From contig CBDBIJ010000027.1 of assembly GCA_965205655.1 (NCBI GenBank), forward strand, positions 1 through 29,783: DNA of 29,783 nucleotides, read 5' to 3'. The position numbers and the translations under genes are program-made. A model generated the notes under the pieces. That model saw only the letters and a list, made by a program, of their open reading frames with translations. It did not search any database and was not told the origin of the DNA. The stretch is from Candidatus Latescibacterota bacterium. Lineage in GTDB: Bacteria > Latescibacterota > UBA2968 > UBA8231. Positions 28,587 through 29,783 of the stretch are shown here, one piece after another. Each line of letters starts with the position of its first letter. Within the stretch, counting starts at the first letter, position 1.

Positions 28587-29783
28587 GGCGGTCAAGGCCC
28601 AGTTTCAGTTGAAACAAATCACAGGCTCGGGTGAGTGTGTCAGCCCATCATCGCGAGCTGTTTGATGCCGAGTTCGGCTTGTATGGCTTGCCGGAGCATC
28701 GGCAGATGGCGATAGCCCTTGACCCTGCGCAGACGTGGTTCGATGTCGAGCAGTGCCGTGGCTACCCAACGGTGACGCTGTGATGAGTTGGTCCAGCGTC
28801 GCACGTTGTGTGTGAGCTGCTCCAGGAGACTGTTGACGTTCTCGATGCAGTTGGTGGTGCGGAAGGAATCCTTGAGCATCGGCGTCAGTCCCAACCGATG
28901 GAGTGTGAGGGTCTCTTCCATGCCTTCCTCGAGGCTGTGTAGGGCGGACTGATTCATCAACTTCAAGCCCGGTTTGAGCGCGTCCAGTGCCGCCTTGGCC
29001 GCCTCGTATCTCGGTTTGCCGTAGGCCGCCTCCATCTTGCGACCCATACCGGACTGCTCGCTCTTGGACAGATACGACACGACGTTCTGGCGCTTGTGAT
29101 ACTGGCAGCGCTGCACGCAGGCATGTCCTTTGAGCACCGACATCACCGCCTTGTAAAGCCCCTTGGCGCCGTCGATGACGACCAACAGTCCGGCTTCGTA
29201 CTGCATACCGCGTTCGACCAGATCGGACAGGAAGCGACGGCAGACGCGCTCGTTTTCCATGGCCGCCTGCACGAAGCCAAGAGGAATCTTCTGTCCGTCG
29301 AGGGTGACGCCCAGGGCGATGATGATCTCCTCGTCCGCGAAGCTCTTGCCGTCGAGGAATAGCGCCACCAGATCATATCCTTCCAGGGATCGCTCCTGGA
29401 ATTCAGCCAGCTTTCGAGCCGTGCCTTTCACGTAACGACAGGACACCGATGAGGATGACAGACCAAAGGCCTCGGGTACGGCCTCAGCGCAGGCCTCGTA
29501 GTTGCGCGTGGCGATGCCCTTCAGCATCCGCAACAGCAGACCTTCGTCCATCTGTCGAGGCGTCTGCAGTGCCTGGTAAACATCCAGCGGGACCTCGGTA
29601 TGGTTGGCCACGTTGCGCACCCGCGGCACATCGACGGGTAGTTTCTGGTCGGCCAGGTACACCGACCCGAGCTGAGACCCCCAGCGGCGTAACGGCTGAT
29701 CCGACCCCTTGCGCTGATACCGCGGCCCAGCCAACTCAACGACCGCTCTTTGCAGCTCCTCCGCGACCGCCTGCAGCCCCAAG
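28587..29783 (-). mobile_element. IS256-family element, partial (other end outside the window)
   Basis: Transposase ORF plus the end-like sequence GGCGGTCAAGGCCCAGTTTCAGTTGAAA. The exact boundary is uncertain without the second TIR. Confidence 0.8.
28640..29783 (-). CDS. IS256 (Mutator-like) transposase, 5'-truncated by the window edge
   Basis: LFLDGK, ALGVTLDGQK..LG, VIDGAKGL, QRCQYHK.QN and RTTNCIEN.NS. Confidence 0.93.
   Translation of the reverse strand, partial: LGLQAVAEELQRAVVELAGPRYQRKGSDQPLRRWGSQLGSVYLADQKLPVDVPRVRNVANHTEVPLDVYQALQTPRQMDEGLLLRMLKGIATRNYEACAEAVPEAFGLSSSSVSCRYVKGTARKLAEFQERSLEGYDLVALFLDGKSFADEEIIIALGVTLDGQKIPLGFVQAAMENERVCRRFLSDLVERGMQYEAGLLVVIDGAKGLYKAVMSVLKGHACVQRCQYHKRQNVVSYLSKSEQSGMGRKMEAAYGKPRYEAAKAALDALKPGLKLMNQSALHSLEEGMEETLTLHRLGLTPMLKDSFRTTNCIENVNSLLEQLTHNVRRWTNSSQRHRWVATALLDIEPRLRRVKGYRHLPMLRQAIQAELGIKQLAMMG

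Overview
GC-rich bacterial chromosomal window made mostly of housekeeping and metabolic genes. These are cca, a short stand-alone IMP-cyclohydrolase purH, a class-V aminotransferase, gmhA, lpdA, rnhA, a metallophosphoesterase, speD, a ThDP enzyme, tdh-kbl and an SDR. It also holds a tightly packed SH3-NurA-HAS-barrel-HerA-YdcF operon and a CHAD / histidine kinase / sigma-54 regulator / secreted-protein operon. Three mobile elements are present: a complete IS1182-like IS with a CTAG duplication, a 159-bp IS256-derived MITE with an 8-bp target duplication, and a partial IS256 that truncates a probable HpcH/HpaI aldolase. The most unusual locus is 12609-16723. Correcting one -1 frameshift and excising the MITE joins two ORF-track entries and an unlisted segment into one ~964-aa gene with an acidic linker, ~16.6 copies of a 14-aa repeat, a Lys-rich stretch and a C-terminal domain. 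That domain is clearly paralogous to the C-terminal domain of the gene just upstream, and by motif pattern it resembles C-type-lectin-fold (DGR-target-like) domains. No reverse transcriptase, CRISPR array or RNA gene was recognised. All calls come from reading motifs by eye; no searches were run.
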